A stretch of 63,498 bases of DNA, counting the filler, from Octopus bimaculoides (lineage: Eukaryota): NCBI RefSeq assembly GCF_001194135.2. It is 6 parts of 6 records of this genome, joined end to end, with 100 filler letters (N's around TTAATTAATTAA, not from the genome) between each part and the next. Parts side by side here need not be neighbours in the genome. Positions count along the whole stretch, not along the records: positions 1 to 30,290 come from NC_068985.1; positions 30,391 to 43,953 come from NC_068994.1; 4 more parts are not named here. The stretch is one strand, 5' to 3'. A program made the position numbers and the translations under genes. Positions within the stretch are counted from its first letter, which is position 1. Each line of letters opens with the position of its first letter. The notes under the pieces are model-generated. The model searched no databases and was not told where the DNA came from. It worked only from the letters and a program-made list of their open reading frames with translations. This document shows positions 25,669 through 38,759 of the stretch, in pieces.

Positions 25669-27865
25669 GTCAGGTGGCACTGGCATCGACCACACTCGAA
25701 TGGTACTTTTTTACATATCACCGGCACAGGTGCCAATCAGGCGGTACTGTCATCAGCCACGACAACGATTTCACTTGCCTCAACAGGTCTTCTCAAGTGC
25801 AGTTTATTGCCCAGTGATTGAAAGGTACCCTTAAATGGGCTGGTTATGCTGCACTGGCATAGGCCATGGTTACGGTCTCACTTGGCTTGACGGGTCTTCT
25901 CAAGCACAACATATCTCCCAAGGTCTCGGTCACTTGTCATTGCTTTGGTGAGGCCCAACATTCGAAGGTTGTGCTTCACCACCTCATCCCAGGTCTTCCT
26001 AGGTCTACCTTTTCCACAGGTTTCCTCTACTGTTTGGGTGTGACCCTTTTTCACACAGTTGTCCTCATAACCATACACAGCACATAACCATACCGTCTCT
26101 CTTGCACATCACATTTGATGTTTCTTATATCCAACTTTTCTCTCTGGGCACTTACACTCTGTCGTGTATGCACACTGACATTACACATCCAACGGAGCAC
26201 ACTAGCTTCATTCCTTGCAAGCTTACACATGTCCTCTAGTCATGGCCCATATTTCACTGCCATGTAGCATGACTGTTTGCATACATGCATCATACAGTCC
26301 ACTTTTTACTCTGAGTGAGAGTCCCTTTGTCACCAGCAGAGGTAGGAGCTCTCTGAACTTTGCCCAGACTATTCTTATTCTAGCACCTATACTCTCAGTG
26401 CATCCATCTCCACTACTGACTTGGTCACCTAGGTAAGGAAAGCTATCACCTACTTGTAGTTTTTTCCCCTGGAATGTGACGGAAGCTGTTTTCTGCACAT
26501 TTTCAGTGTTTATTGCCCCTGAGCATTTGCCACACACAAAACTTTCTTCCCAGTAAGCCTTCCTTTGATATTGCTGTACCTCTTATGTGTCCATAGCTTA
26601 CACCGGGTACATCTTATGGAGTTTCTACCAATGCCTTTTCTACAGATCGAGCAGGGCCATCTACCTGAAAAGATTTGTGGTTTGTCTGCCTTCCTACTTA
26701 TTAAGACTTTGGTTTTTGCTAGATTGACTGTGAGGTCCTTCAATTCTAGACCTTGCTTCCACACCTGAAACTTTTCCTCTAGTTCTGATAGTGACTCAGC
26801 TATTAGAGCAAGGTTACCAGCATAGAGATGCTTCCAGGGATATCCTGTCTTGAATTCCTCTGTTATTGCCTGGAGAACTGTGGTGAATAAGAGGGGGATG
26901 AGGACTGATCCTTGGTGAACCCCTACCACTACCTGGAATTCTTCACTGTACTCATTGCCAACCCTCACCTTACTGACAGCACCCCTGTACATGGCTTGTA
27001 CAGCTCTCACTAACCATTAATCTATCCCTAGTTTCCACATTGACCACCAGATAAGGGATCATGGGACCCTATCAAAGGCTTTCTCCATGTCAACGAAAAC
27101 CAGGTATAGAGTTTTATCTTTGGCTAGGTATTTCTCCTGCAGCTGTCTTACCAGAAATATAGCATCAATGGTGCTTTTCCCTGGCACAAACCCAAACAGC
27201 ATCTCATCTAGACTGACTCTCTCCCTAATTAGTTGGGCTATGACCCTCTCCGTGACTTTCATTACGTGATCCAACAACTTGATGCCTCTAATTAGTCGTA
27301 CCTAATGCGTCACAGATAGATATAGTCTATCTGGCTGTGTATACTATAACCAACACCGCCTAATATTTTAAGCATCTCTGCAGTGATTCCTGATGGGCTG
27401 GGGGCTTTCCCTGTCTTCATACTCTAAATTGCTTTATCTACCAAGGTACTGTCAAATTGAATAGCTGATCCCTCTGTTGGGTTGACATTCAGCAGGCTCT
27501 CTTTCTCCAATTCATTCTCTTCATTTGACAACTTTTCATAGTGGAATCTCCAAGTCTCTCTCTTTGCAGCCTCATTAAATGCAAGTGAGCCATCATCCAT
27601 GCAGACACATTTCTCTCCTATGACATCACGATTGTCTCTCACTCATTGTCTTGCAACATGAAATACTTCAAGTTTTTGGTCCTCATGACACAGAACATTG
27701 GCAAACGTGTTTTCTTATCTGCTTCCCCTCTGGCTAAGTAAACCTGTCTCCTAACTTCCCTTCTGACAATCTGATACAATTCTCTGCTACCACCGTTCTT
27801 CCAGTCCTTCCATGCCAGTTTCTTTTCCCTAATGGCCCTGTCAACTACATTATTCCACCATCACG
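25669..27865 (-). mobile_element. 5'-truncated RTE-clade LINE, RT pseudogene with PHD-like finger
   Basis: Fragments FGFVPGKSTIDAIF, DMEKAFDRVP, GVHQGSVLIPLLF, LYAGNL (decayed YADD), FPYLG, GRPRKTW, with frameshifts between ORFs. Confidence 0.92.
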
Positions 27866-27944
27866 TTACCTTGGGTTGAGAGGGGACTTTTTTCTCTCTC
27901 TGTTTTTTTTTTTCATTCTCTCTCTATTATTTTTCCTCTCAATC

Positions 27945-27980
27945 CTTTCTGTCGAAGGGCTTAAGGTTGGAACATCAAAG
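27945..27980 (+). ncRNA. Degenerate minimal hammerhead-like motif (same repeat family as 54623)
   Basis: CTTT-CTGTCGA-AGGGC-TTAA-GGTT-GGAA-CATC-AAAG; the flanking ~130 bp aligns with 54600-54740. Confidence 0.45.
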
Positions 27981-28146
27981 CCTTTTCCATTCTTCCTGAA
28001 TGTCAAACTAATACACCTGCTTGTTGTTCCCTCACCTATCTTCATCTTTTGTTTTCTGTAAATTCGAACTATATATATATATATATATTGGGTCATCCCA
28101 TAAATAATTTGTAGTTTTCCCCCCTGGAATTGACGGAAACTGTTTT

Positions 28147-28181
<35 letters not shown>

Positions 28182-28182
<1 letters not shown>

Positions 28183-29538
28183 TGGGTCATCCCATAAATA
28201 ATGCAGTTTTTTTATACTTTTTATTTTTCAAAATTAAGATAAAGAAAGTTCTTTTTAATCTAAAATATACTCTCCTTCATTTTCTACAATGCTCTTCCAT
28301 CTCTCTGGAAGACTTGTAAGCCCTCCCCCCTTCCAAAATTCACTTGCCCGTGACGAAAAAATACTCCTCCAGTACTGTTCTGACCTCATCTACAGAATTG
28401 ATATTTTTTCCATCCGAATGATTTTGAGGACTGCGGAATAAATGATAATCAGATGGGGCAATATCTGGCAAATATGGTGGGTGAGTCATCGTTTCCCATT
28501 CAAACTGCTCCAGCCTTTGGAATGTCATCCTCGTTGTATGTGGTCAAGCATTATCTTGATGGAAGAACACCTTGTGTCTTCAAACCAGAGATGGTTGTTT
28601 TTCTTCTAGTGCTGACTTAATCCATTCGAGCTGCTCACAGTAGATCTCCTTTGTTGTCATTTGGTTTGGGTTTAAAAGTTCAAAGTGGACTAAACCTTTC
28701 ANNNNNNNNNNAGTAGATCTCCTTTGTTGTCATTTGGTTTGGGTTTAAAAGTTCAAAGTGGACTAAACCTTTCATATCCCACCAAACAGATAACAACACC
28801 TTACATGGTTGAAGACCTTCTTTAGCCTGGGGTGCTAGCGTTTCTTCTTTCCCTACCCACTTTGGCATTTGACATTATTATAGGGAACCCATTTCTCATC
28901 ACCAGTCACTATTCAGTCTAAAAAGGTTCATTCATGAGATATGATAGCAAAGAAGAGCACACATTCACTCTCTGTGCGTGATTAGACTCGGAAAGATTGT
29001 GAGGAACCCATTAGCTGAATTTACTGACTTTTCCGATGGCACACAGGTGTCAATGAATGGTTGAATGACCAAGTCCAAGCTTCTCTACTAGTTCCTCAAA
29101 AGTTATGATGGGATTTTGTTCCACCAGGGTTTGCAGGACATCCTTGTTGAGCTCTACAGATCTTCCAGGATGAAGCTTGTCTTCTAGGCTGTAGTTTCTG
29201 GCTCAGAATTTCTGGAACCACTGTTGATACTGGCTTACTCTTATTGTCTGATCTCCATTTACTGCATTAATATTCCTTGCACTTACTGTTGCACTGTTGC
29301 CTTTACTGAAATCATAAAGAAAAATATGCCAAATATGCTCCTTTGTCATTTTCATTGTAACTTTGAAAAAATAACTGTTAAAATCGAAATGCACTCATCA
29401 AAACTTGCACTAAGAATAAGTTTAAGGTAAAATTACTACCTGCTTTTATAGCAAGTTGATGCAGGTAGTTTATTCTGTCCCCCTCTAACTTTTAGTTCAT
29501 GCAATTGAAAAAACACATTATTTATGGGATGACCCTAA
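28182..29538 (-). mobile_element. Full-length but inactivated mariner (DD34D) transposon
   Basis: TIRs TTGGGTCATCCCATAAATAATG at both ends with TA flanks; peptides KGNSATVSARNI, WVPHNL, VLLSVWWD, HPPYLPDIAPSDYHLF; multiple stops. Confidence 0.93.
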
Positions 29539-29561
29539 TATATATATATATATATATATAT

Positions 29562-30290
29562 CATCATCATCATCATCATCGTTTNNNNNNNNNNNNNNNN
29601 NNNNNNNNNNNNNNNNNNNNNNNNNNNNNNNNNNNNNNNNNNNNNNNNNNNNNNNNNNNNNNNNNNNNNNNNNNNNNNNNNNNNNNNNNNNNNNNNNNNN
29701 NNNNNNNNNNNNNNNNNNNNNNNNNNNNNNNNNNNNNNNNNNNNNNNNNNNNNNNNNNNNNNNNNNNNNNNNNNNNNNNNNNNNNNNNNNNNNNNNNNNN
29801 NNNNNNNNNNNNNNNNNNNNNNNNNNNNNNNNNNNNNNNNNNNNNNNNNNNNNNNNNNNNNNNNNNNAAAGTCTTCGCAAGTGGAGTTTAGTGTCCAATG
29901 AAGGAAAGGTATGCATAAGTGGGCTGGCTACACCCCTGGCAGAGGCCTTGGATTTAGGTCTCACATAGCTTGATGGGTCTTCTCCCGCACAGCATATTTC
30001 CAAAGATCTCAGTCAGTAGTCATCGCCTCGGTGAGGCCCAATGTTCGAAGGTCTTGCCTCACCACCTCAGCCCAGGTCTTCCGGGGCCTACCTCTTCCAC
30101 AGGTTCCCTCAACTGTTAGGGTTTGGCACTTTTTCACGCAGCTATCATCGTCCATTCTCGCCACATGTCCATACCAGCGCAATCGTCTCTCTTGCACACC
30201 ACAACTGATGCTTCTTATGTTCAGCTTTTCTCTCAAGATACTTACACTCTGTCAGGTATGTACACTGACATTACTCATCCATCGGAGCAT
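29562..30290 (-). mobile_element. Second RTE LINE 3' fragment (spans a gap)
   Basis: MREKLNIRSISCGVQERRLRWYGHVARMDDDSCVKKC..GRGRPRKTW; (CAT)n tail at 29562-29583. Confidence 0.85.
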
Positions 30291-30390
30291 NNNNNNNNNN
30301 NNNNNNNNNNNNNNNNNNNNNNNNNNNNNNNNNNTTAATTAATTAANNNNNNNNNNNNNNNNNNNNNNNNNNNNNNNNNNNNNNNNNNNN

Positions 30391-30520
30391 GTACTTATTT
30401 AATCGACCCCGAAAGGATGAAAGGCAAAGTCAACCTCGGTGGAATTTGAACTCAGAATGTAGCGGAAGAAGAAATACCGCTAAGCATTTTGCCCGGCTTT
30501 TAAGTTTCTGCCAGCTCGCC
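30391..30520 (-). mobile_element. SINE family B, 5' part
   Basis: Reverse complement of GGCGGCGAGCTGGCAGAAAC..TTCAAATTCCACCGAGGTTGACTTTGCC. Confidence 0.8.
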
Positions 30521-31478
30521 GCCTCTCTCTCTCTCTCACTCTCTCTCTCTCTCTCTCACTCTCTATCTCACTCTCTCTCTCTCTCTCTCTCCCTCCTTCT
30601 CTCTGCTACATTTTCCCTAAGCTTCATTTTTTTCCTTATCTTTCTTATTCGCGTAGAGCCAACTCTATGAGCCTAACTATCACATAAATTTAAGTTATTA
30701 ATGAGTTCGTTAAAAAATTCGTTGGAAACAGCTGTAATAAATTGACACCTATCCATCGTTTGTTATTTATTTATTTATGATTCATCTCACTTGGAACCTA
30801 CCCCACGAGTGTTTTGAAGTATGTTGTGGACCGTATATTCAATACAATGTGCGTTTCTGAATTAGCCAAATAGATGATAACCTGAATATCTCTCTGGCTG
30901 TGCTACGGTACCAATGTTTCTGTTCGTCTATAGTTGCTGTATATGCATTTTATTGTAATTGGACACTTGCAATTTCTTTGCAAATGCAGAATAATGGAGA
31001 TATTTACGAGACTTTTATTACAGTCACTGACTTACTCAACAAACATACCTTGCTCACGATTTAGGATTATTTTTTTATTGTTTTTGCCTTGTCCCCGTTC
31101 TAACTCACCCTGGGTTTTTTTTTTGTGGATTCTTTTGCATTTATTTCCTCTGCTTTCCATACCACCCACTACCAATTTTCGCTTTGTCAATCTCCCTCTT
31201 TCTCTCTCTGCCCCTCCCCCCTCTCTCTCTCTATCTGTCTATCTATCTCTACTTATTTCTAACCGCCGATTTTTTTTTTCTGCTTCTACCCGCTTTATCT
31301 TTCCCACTTATTCCCTTCAACGCATTCGCAACATATAATTTTCGGCCATTTCCTCTCATTCTCTATCATGTCCATGCTGTCATAGACCAACAAGAAAAAA
31401 AAAAAACTTACCTCACATCTCAAAAAACTACAACAATTTCAAAACCTACTACTGCAGCTGCTGTTGCTGGTGATGATG

Positions 31479-31509
<31 letters not shown>

Positions 31510-31819
31510 CGATGATGATGATGATGATGTGATTCCTGCTGCTTGCTGCATATTGCTGTTCATACTTTGGTTTCTTAAAGTTATTGTTCTTGAATTAGTT
31601 TTAACATATTAGTGTTCGGGATTCGTTGTTGCCGTTTCGTTTTTGTTTTGTTTTGTTTTGTCTATCTTTTTTTTCTTTAATTTTCTTTGGCTTTCCAATT
31701 TTTCTCTTTTACACCTCGTATATTCATAGAGAGAAAAAAAATTGTATTGATTTTCCTGCACACATATACACAGATATCTATCTACGATACAGATAGACAG
31801 ACAGATAGATCGATAGATC

Positions 31820-31881
<62 letters not shown>

Positions 31882-32429
31882 CAGACAGATAGACAGGCTC
31901 ACTAGGAAACATGCAGACAGACTAGCAGATAGGCAATTAGGTGAGTAGGTAGGAAATCAGGCAGGAGAGGACAAGGATTGGAATCGCTGTGTAGTTGTAT
32001 GTGAGAGATATGTAGAATTTCGTGTTAGTTAGGAAATAATTGACTGAAATGCAGATATTGAAATATAGCTTCTAGCTACGCAAATTCTACAAGACACATA
32101 GAAAATTCTAGTGAGGAACAAATAAAAAGAAAATTAAAATATAATTTTAGTTTTTTGTTTCAGTTGTTTTGTATTTCTTCCACATTTCCTTTTACCCCCT
32201 TTTTTTTGTTTGTTTCTCTCTTGTAATATGTTTACGATAGTCATGTAGTAGGTGCAAGCGTAGAATCATGCAGATGAAGGCCGCTTCGCAGTCTCGATGT
32301 TCTGGCCTCGATTCCACTGCAAGGCACTTTCGCTAGTATCTTCTATCACAACCCTTTTCCGACTAATGACCTACAAGTGAACTTCATAACTGCAACTTTA
32401 TAGAAGCCAATTGGATCTATGTGTATGTA

Positions 32430-32850
32430 TGCAAAGTCGTACTACGTCTGCCTTAGAGTGGTGCATTCTATTCATTGTCAACAACTTACGAATTTTTCTA
32501 TGAAGCTTACACATTTCAGTAGTTGACCAGTTAATAGTATGGAAACTGTGAGTCAGGACCGGTATGGCAAAAGTATTGATCCTTTCGATCCTGTTTCTTG
32601 CTTTTTGTCCTGTCTTGAGTATTTCCTTTACCCTGCGATAACGTTTTTTCTGATCTTTTCCCTCATCATTGAATGTTTAATTCCTTCGCCTTCATATACT
32701 CCAAAGTACTTGTAACCTTCCTCTGATACTAACTCCTTCTGTTGGTCAAGTTTACCGTTGAGTGTTTCTGTCATTTTCCCTCTGATAACGGTTGCTCATT
32801 GCGCATGTATCTTGGCCAAATACCATCCTGATGTCCTCCTCTTCCTTCTC
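32430..32850 (-). mobile_element. R4/Dong-like non-LTR retrotransposon RT fragment
   Basis: Minus frames give EDIRMVFGQDTCA, YKYFGVYEGEGIKH, RRVKEILKT..RINTFAIPVLTHSF..NW, RKLLTMNRMHHSKADVVRL. Confidence 0.7.
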
Positions 32851-32869
32851 ATCATCATCATTCAGGAAG

Positions 32870-33075
32870 CGAACTTGCAGAGCGCTAGCAATCCGGGCAG
32901 AATGTTTAGCAGCATTTCGCGTCTTTACGTTCTGAGTTCAAATCCAGCCGAGGTCGACTTTGCCTTTCATCTTTCTATGATCAATAAATTAAGTACCAGT
33001 AAAACACTGGGATCGATTTAATCGACTAGTCCCCTTCCTCAAAGATTTCAGTCCTTGTGCCTTTAGTAGAAAGGA
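32870..33075 (+). mobile_element. SINE family B
   Basis: Family motifs as above with tail GTCCTTGTGCCTTTAGTAGAAAGGATT. Confidence 0.8.
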
Positions 33076-33717
33076 TTATCATTATTTATTATCATTACTA
33101 TTTATATATATATATGTGTGCGTGTGTGTGTATGTGCGTGTGTATGTATGTGTGCGTATATNNNNNNNNNNNNNNNNNNNNNNNNNNNNNNNNNNNNNNN
33201 NNNNNNNNNNNNNNNNNNNNNNNNNNNNNNNNNNNNNNNNNNNNNNNNNNNNNNNNNNNNNNNNNNNNNNNNNNNNNNNNNNNNNNNNNNNNNNNNNNNN
33301 NNNNNNNNNNNNNNNNNNNNNNNNNNNNNNNNNNNNNNNNNNNNNNNNNNNNNNNNNNNNNNNNNNTATATATATATATACATACATATACATACATACA
33401 TACTTACATATGTACATATATATATATATATACATACATACATACATACAAACATACATACATACACACACACATACATACATACATACATACATACATA
33501 CATACATACATACATACATACATACATACATACATTAAACCTATACATAGAATAATAAGTTTTTGAAATAGTCTTAGAAGGTATTTCCTTGCGTATCATC
33601 AATAACGAAAGCTATAGAGAAGGAATGTTTTAAACTTGCAGTTACTTATGTATTCTTGTAGGAATTACATTCAAATTTCTATCACAATATATAGAGTCCA
33701 TTCATTTCTTTTGTCAG

Positions 33718-33904
33718 AAATACACGACGATATGGCTCAGGAATTTCTGATAAAAGGCCATAATTTCTCACGACAGCTGTATTATGGCAGCTACAGAAAC
33801 GACATCGAGAAAGAACTAACAATAGTTGAAGATATTTTACACATAACAGCAACAACGAGAACAGCAAGACCTGCAGACATTAAAAATACAATCCTATACA
33901 AGTC
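33718..33904 (+). CDS. Candidate orphan exon (phase 1-2), unknown product
   Basis: Acceptor ttcatttcttttgtcag, donor gtgagg, 62 open codons IHDDMAQEFLIKGHNF..ILYKS. No homology recognised, and a plausible antisense acceptor also exists. Confidence 0.35.
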
Positions 33905-34290
33905 GTGAGGTTGAGACGATAAAGGAAAGTAACTTTACCATAATTGAACGAGAAGTGTGAGAGAAAGAGAGATTGATATTTTGACAAAGCTTTTCTGAAG
34001 ACTCAATACATACATACATACATACATGCATACATACATACATACATTACATGTGGGGGATGCGTGTCTGTGTGTATGTATGTATACGTGTATTGAAGAT
34101 TCGTTGCACAATGATAAAGAATAAACGAAATAAGACAAAATTGATTTCGAACATTTAATAATTATATCGAAAGCCATAATTTCGTAAGATGGTTTCCATG
34201 CTTACGCACGCACGCACATACATATGCACATATACGTGTAAATATATGTGCGTATGAGTGTCTATGTGTGCATATATCTATATGTGCGTA

Positions 34291-34328
<38 letters not shown>

Positions 34329-34381
34329 CATGCATACATGTATATGCATATATATACATATATATGTATATATATATATAC

Positions 34382-34417
<36 letters not shown>

Positions 34418-34904
34418 GCATATTTATAGTATTAATCGAAACTGTGCCAGTGGTGTAAATAATATGCTCAATGGACGCAGCAACTTCTATATTGCTAGTT
34501 AACCATTTTGGGTTGTAAAATATATAAACGATGCAACAATTAGTTTTATGACAAGATGGTGGTCGGGAAAAATCTTTATTATTCGTCAACACGTATCTCG
34601 GGATTGTGTGATGCTGAAGTGATATCACACTCAATGTAAGAAATAATGAAGCAATGAGAATAATGATAATAATAATAATATACCAGCACATCTACTATAT
34701 TGGTAGATTCAGGAAGTCGAAATGATCTGCACACCACCTTATCGAATGGTTTAATTGCTTGTAGCATTTTTGTACTTGGCTTATGTATTCCAGCAAAGAA
34801 CAGATAGAACAACGAGTACATATGTACGCACATAACGTTTTTGCATCGTACAAACATGTCGATGAACATACAGAGATTTCTTTGTGGATAATATATAAAA
34901 TATA

Positions 34905-35060
34905 TAACGCGGCGAGCTGACAGAAAGGTCAGCACGTCGGGCGAAATGCCTTTGCGGTATTTCGTCTGCCTTTAAGTTCTGAGTTCAAATTCCGCTGAGG
35001 TCGACTTTGCTTTTCATTCTTTCGGGGTCGATAAATTAAGTACCAGTTACACACTGGGTT
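34905..35060 (+). mobile_element. SINE family B
   Basis: GCGGCGAGCTGACAGAAAGG..GAGGTCGACTTTGC..GTACCAGTTAC. Confidence 0.8.
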
Positions 35061-35435
35061 CTCATTGATAAGGTATTTTCAGCTGTTATTTTTATTATTA
35101 TTGTTATTTATTCAGAGCACTGCCTAGAATTGAACTCGGAATCTTGTGTGTATGCATGTGTGTATATATATATATATATGTATATATACACACAACAAAA
35201 AAAACAATAAAATATCAACAAAGAGAAAGACAAAGGCAAATTGAATTCCGTATAATTATGTATATTTATTTGTTTACATTATATGCCCACGGGCAACAAA
35301 CCGCATAGTGAACCAATACGAAGAAGATTTTATTCCTATCTAGTAAATCCAATGAGTGAATATAAAAGGCAGTGCTCCAGTATGGTCGCAGTCAAATGAT
35401 TGAAACAAATAAAAGAATAAAATAATAAAGAAAAA

Positions 35436-35482
<47 letters not shown>

Positions 35483-35665
35483 AATGTGTAGATACTTTTA
35501 AAGTTTTAAGGTATAAATCTATATATCCAAATATCTATAAGCCACACACGCACTCATACACACATAGACAAACATACACGCATGCAATATACATATATAC
35601 AAACACAGATATTCGTAGACATAAACAAGTGCTAATAAATACATATGTATATACATGCATGCATG

Positions 35666-35696
<31 letters not shown>

Positions 35697-37420
35697 GGCT
35701 GAACTAATTTGTCTTCCCCAGAATTGTTATTGTCATTAATTATTTCCTGTATCATATTAAAACAACGTACTTATTGCCGTTGATGCAGCCTTTATATTCA
35801 GTTTTTTTTTTCTCAAATTATATGAAATTCAATTTGTCTTTGTCTTCTGTTGGTGTCGTTGTTGTTGTTATATTTGTTGTTGGTGGTGGAGGGGGCGGCG
35901 TCGTTGTCGTCGTGGTGTCGTCGTTGTTGTTAAGGTTTTTTGATGATGTTGTTTTACAATTATAGCGGTGCCCAAGAAATTGGTGCTGATTCATAATCAT
36001 CATCGACTATCGATACTCGAAATATGTAAGTAATTATTAATATATACCTATGTATATATATATATAAATATATANNNNNNNNNNNNNNNNNNNNNNNNNN
36101 NNNNNNNNNNNNNNNNNNNNNNNNNNNNNNNNNNNNNNNNNNNNNNNNNNNNNNNNNNNNNNNNNNNNNNNNNNNNNNNNNNNNNNNNNNNNNNNNNNNN
36201 NNNNNNNNNNNNNNNNNNNNNNNNNNNNNNNNNNNNNNNNNNNNNNNNNNNNNNNNNNNNNNNNNNNNNNNNNNNNNNNNNNNNNNNNNNNNNNNNNNNN
36301 NNNNNNNNNNNNNNNNNNNNNNNNNNNNNNNNNNNNNNNNNNNNNNNNNNNNNNNNNNNNNNNNNNNNNNNNNNNNNNNNNNNNNNNNNNNNNNNNNNNN
36401 NNNNNNNNNNNNNNNNNNNNNNNNNNNNNNNNNNNNNNNNNNNNNNNNNNNNNNNNNNNNNNNNNNNNNNNNNNNNNNNNNNNNNNNNNNNNNNNNNNNN
36501 NNNNNNNNNNNNNNNNNNNNNNNNNNNNNNNNNNNNNNNNNNNNNNNNNNNNNNNNNNNNNNNNNNNNNATATATGTATGTATGTACGTATGTATATACG
36601 CATATATAGAATATGCATAACCTCTCTCAACATATACACTCACATATGTGTATGTATATAAAATATATACTACATATATAAACGTATATTTAATATATGT
36701 GTGTGCATGTATACAGATGTAACGACTAATATATATATATATAAGTTCATATAATCGCATGTTTTACTTCTATACGTACATAGCTTACCTGTATACGTAC
36801 ATAGTTTACCTGTATATACATACAAACATAGATGCATACAAACGTGAGCATACATATTTTTTATATATGCATGCACTCTTTTTATATGTACGCACATGCG
36901 TTCATATAAATACACATATACGTATTTATACACATAAGTACGTACATACATTGTTGTAACATAAACCAGACAGACATGATCTGTATCTTTATAACTGAAA
37001 AAAAATCGTGCAGTTAAAAATACAAGAAGAAAACATTAAAAAAAAAACATAAAAAAGAAACAAAAAAAGGAATTGGATTCTGCAGAGAAAGGAAAAATAT
37101 TTTGACAGGATATAGAATTAATTTAAAGCGTCTCCCACTTCAATCTCACTTTTAATCCGATATATCTCAATGATGCTACGTTTGAAATTGCTGGTATAAT
37201 CGAATTTGTGTTCTATACGTCTGATTAACTCTCGGAGCTGTCTATGATAAGTCATGTACGTGTATGTCTCAATCTCATCTGGCTCCTTCAGTCTTGAAAT
37301 CAACATATTCCTTCTCTATCTCTTTCTTTCTCTCCCTCCTCTCTCTCTCTCTCCCTCCTCACTCTCTCCCTCCCTCTCTCTCTCACTCTCTCTCTCTCTT
37401 TATCTCTCTCTCTCTTTCTC

Positions 37421-37453
<33 letters not shown>

Positions 37454-37476
37454 TTCTCTCTATCTATCTCTTTCTC

Positions 37477-37518
<42 letters not shown>

Positions 37519-37675
37519 NNNNNNNNNNNNNNNNNNNNNNNNNNNNNNNNNNNNNNNNNNNNNNNNNNNNNNNNNNNNNNNNNNNNNNNNNNNNNNNNNN
37601 NNNNNNNNNNNNNNNNNNNNNNNNNNNNNNNNNNNNNATATATATATACGTCGTGTCTGTGTATTTGTCTATATA

Positions 37676-37716
<41 letters not shown>

Positions 37717-37729
37717 TAGATAGATAGAG

Positions 37730-37789
<60 letters not shown>

Positions 37790-38113
37790 GGATAGATAGT
37801 TCTATATATGCTTAATTATACACACACAGACATATATCCATACATATACACATATACATGGATGTGTATAAACCTATATATACTTGTGTGTGAATGTGTG
37901 CGTGTGCGTGCACGAGTGTGTGTGTGTATGTATGTATGTGTGTGTATGTGTGTGTTTGCACGTGTTTAAGAGTGGTAACAAATTAAGAAAGACATTGAGT
38001 ACGGTATTGTATTAAACAATTTATTTCTATCAAATTCCATAATAGACTATCTCTACCGCTCAGAGTTCGACAGCACCTCGCCTCGACGTTGCTGTGGTTT
38101 AATTTTCCTCCAG

Positions 38114-38177
38114 TATTTCTCTGCCGTTCAGAATTGTTAGCGTCACCATTTTAAGCGTGTTCGTTCAAGACACTTTC
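38114..38177 (+). CDS. Candidate exon (phase 2-0), hydrophobic peptide ISLPFRIVSVTILSVFVQDTF
   Basis: Acceptor tttaattttcctccag, donor gtgaga; only the phase-2 frame is open. Confidence 0.28.
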
Positions 38178-38617
38178 GTGAGAATAAAATATATAAACAG
38201 GTACATCTGTAAAATATAGCCTTAATAGCATACAACTAAAATTTCTTTCAGAGTGATTGAATCTCATCAAAGTTTGCTTCTCTCTAAAATTTTTTAGATT
38301 ATTTTGAATACGTACAAACAACTGTTTAGCCAAATGATGTGCCACAAAAATCGAAATGATTCGAAAGCGGTGAAACTAGGTACTTCTACTTCTCTACGTA
38401 AATATAGCTGGAAAGGGTTATTCTCTCCATATCGGGATCGGAATACATACAGTACAAGCATATTTATAAGCTTAGAGATTTTATTCTCGCAAAATTTTAA
38501 AACAAAAGGCTAAAATAGTGAAGTATATTATCAACTCTCTCCTTGTGTCAGGATTTTTACTCACTCTTTAGGATCACCTAACGCAATGTATTTTCTACTT
38601 TTTTTTTTTATTCACAG

Positions 38618-38728
38618 ACGGTAATTTGTGATCGGAACGATCTTTTGTTGCTGTTTTTACTAGATTGGAACAGTTTTATACAACATCTCCAGAACAGGAA
38701 AAATAACAACAAATTTTTGAATGTCTAG
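38618..38728 (+). CDS. Candidate terminal exon (phase 0 to TAG)
   Basis: Acceptor ttttttttttattcacag; only phase 0 is open (TVICDRNDLLLLFLLDWNSFIQHLQNRKNNNKFLNV*). Confidence 0.25.
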   Translation, partial: TVICDRNDLLLLFLLDWNSFIQHLQNRKNNNKFLNV

Positions 38729-38759
38729 TAGGGTTTTGTTCTTGAATCCCCTCTATGTT

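Noticed and set aside
28640-28773. Direct duplication of about 60 bp inside the mariner element
   Set aside because: The copies are identical and straddle a 10-N gap, so this is unmerged contig overlap.
30335-30346. TTAATTAATTAA islands inside N runs (also 43998, 50416, 59905, 62286)
   Set aside because: An identical 12-mer with stops in all six frames, centred in fixed-length N runs, is an assembly linker rather than biology.
37118-37306. Protein-like minus-strand ORF LKEPDEIETY..EVGDALN
   Set aside because: No recognisable homology, a purine-rich upstream region that makes a poor acceptor, and no donor.
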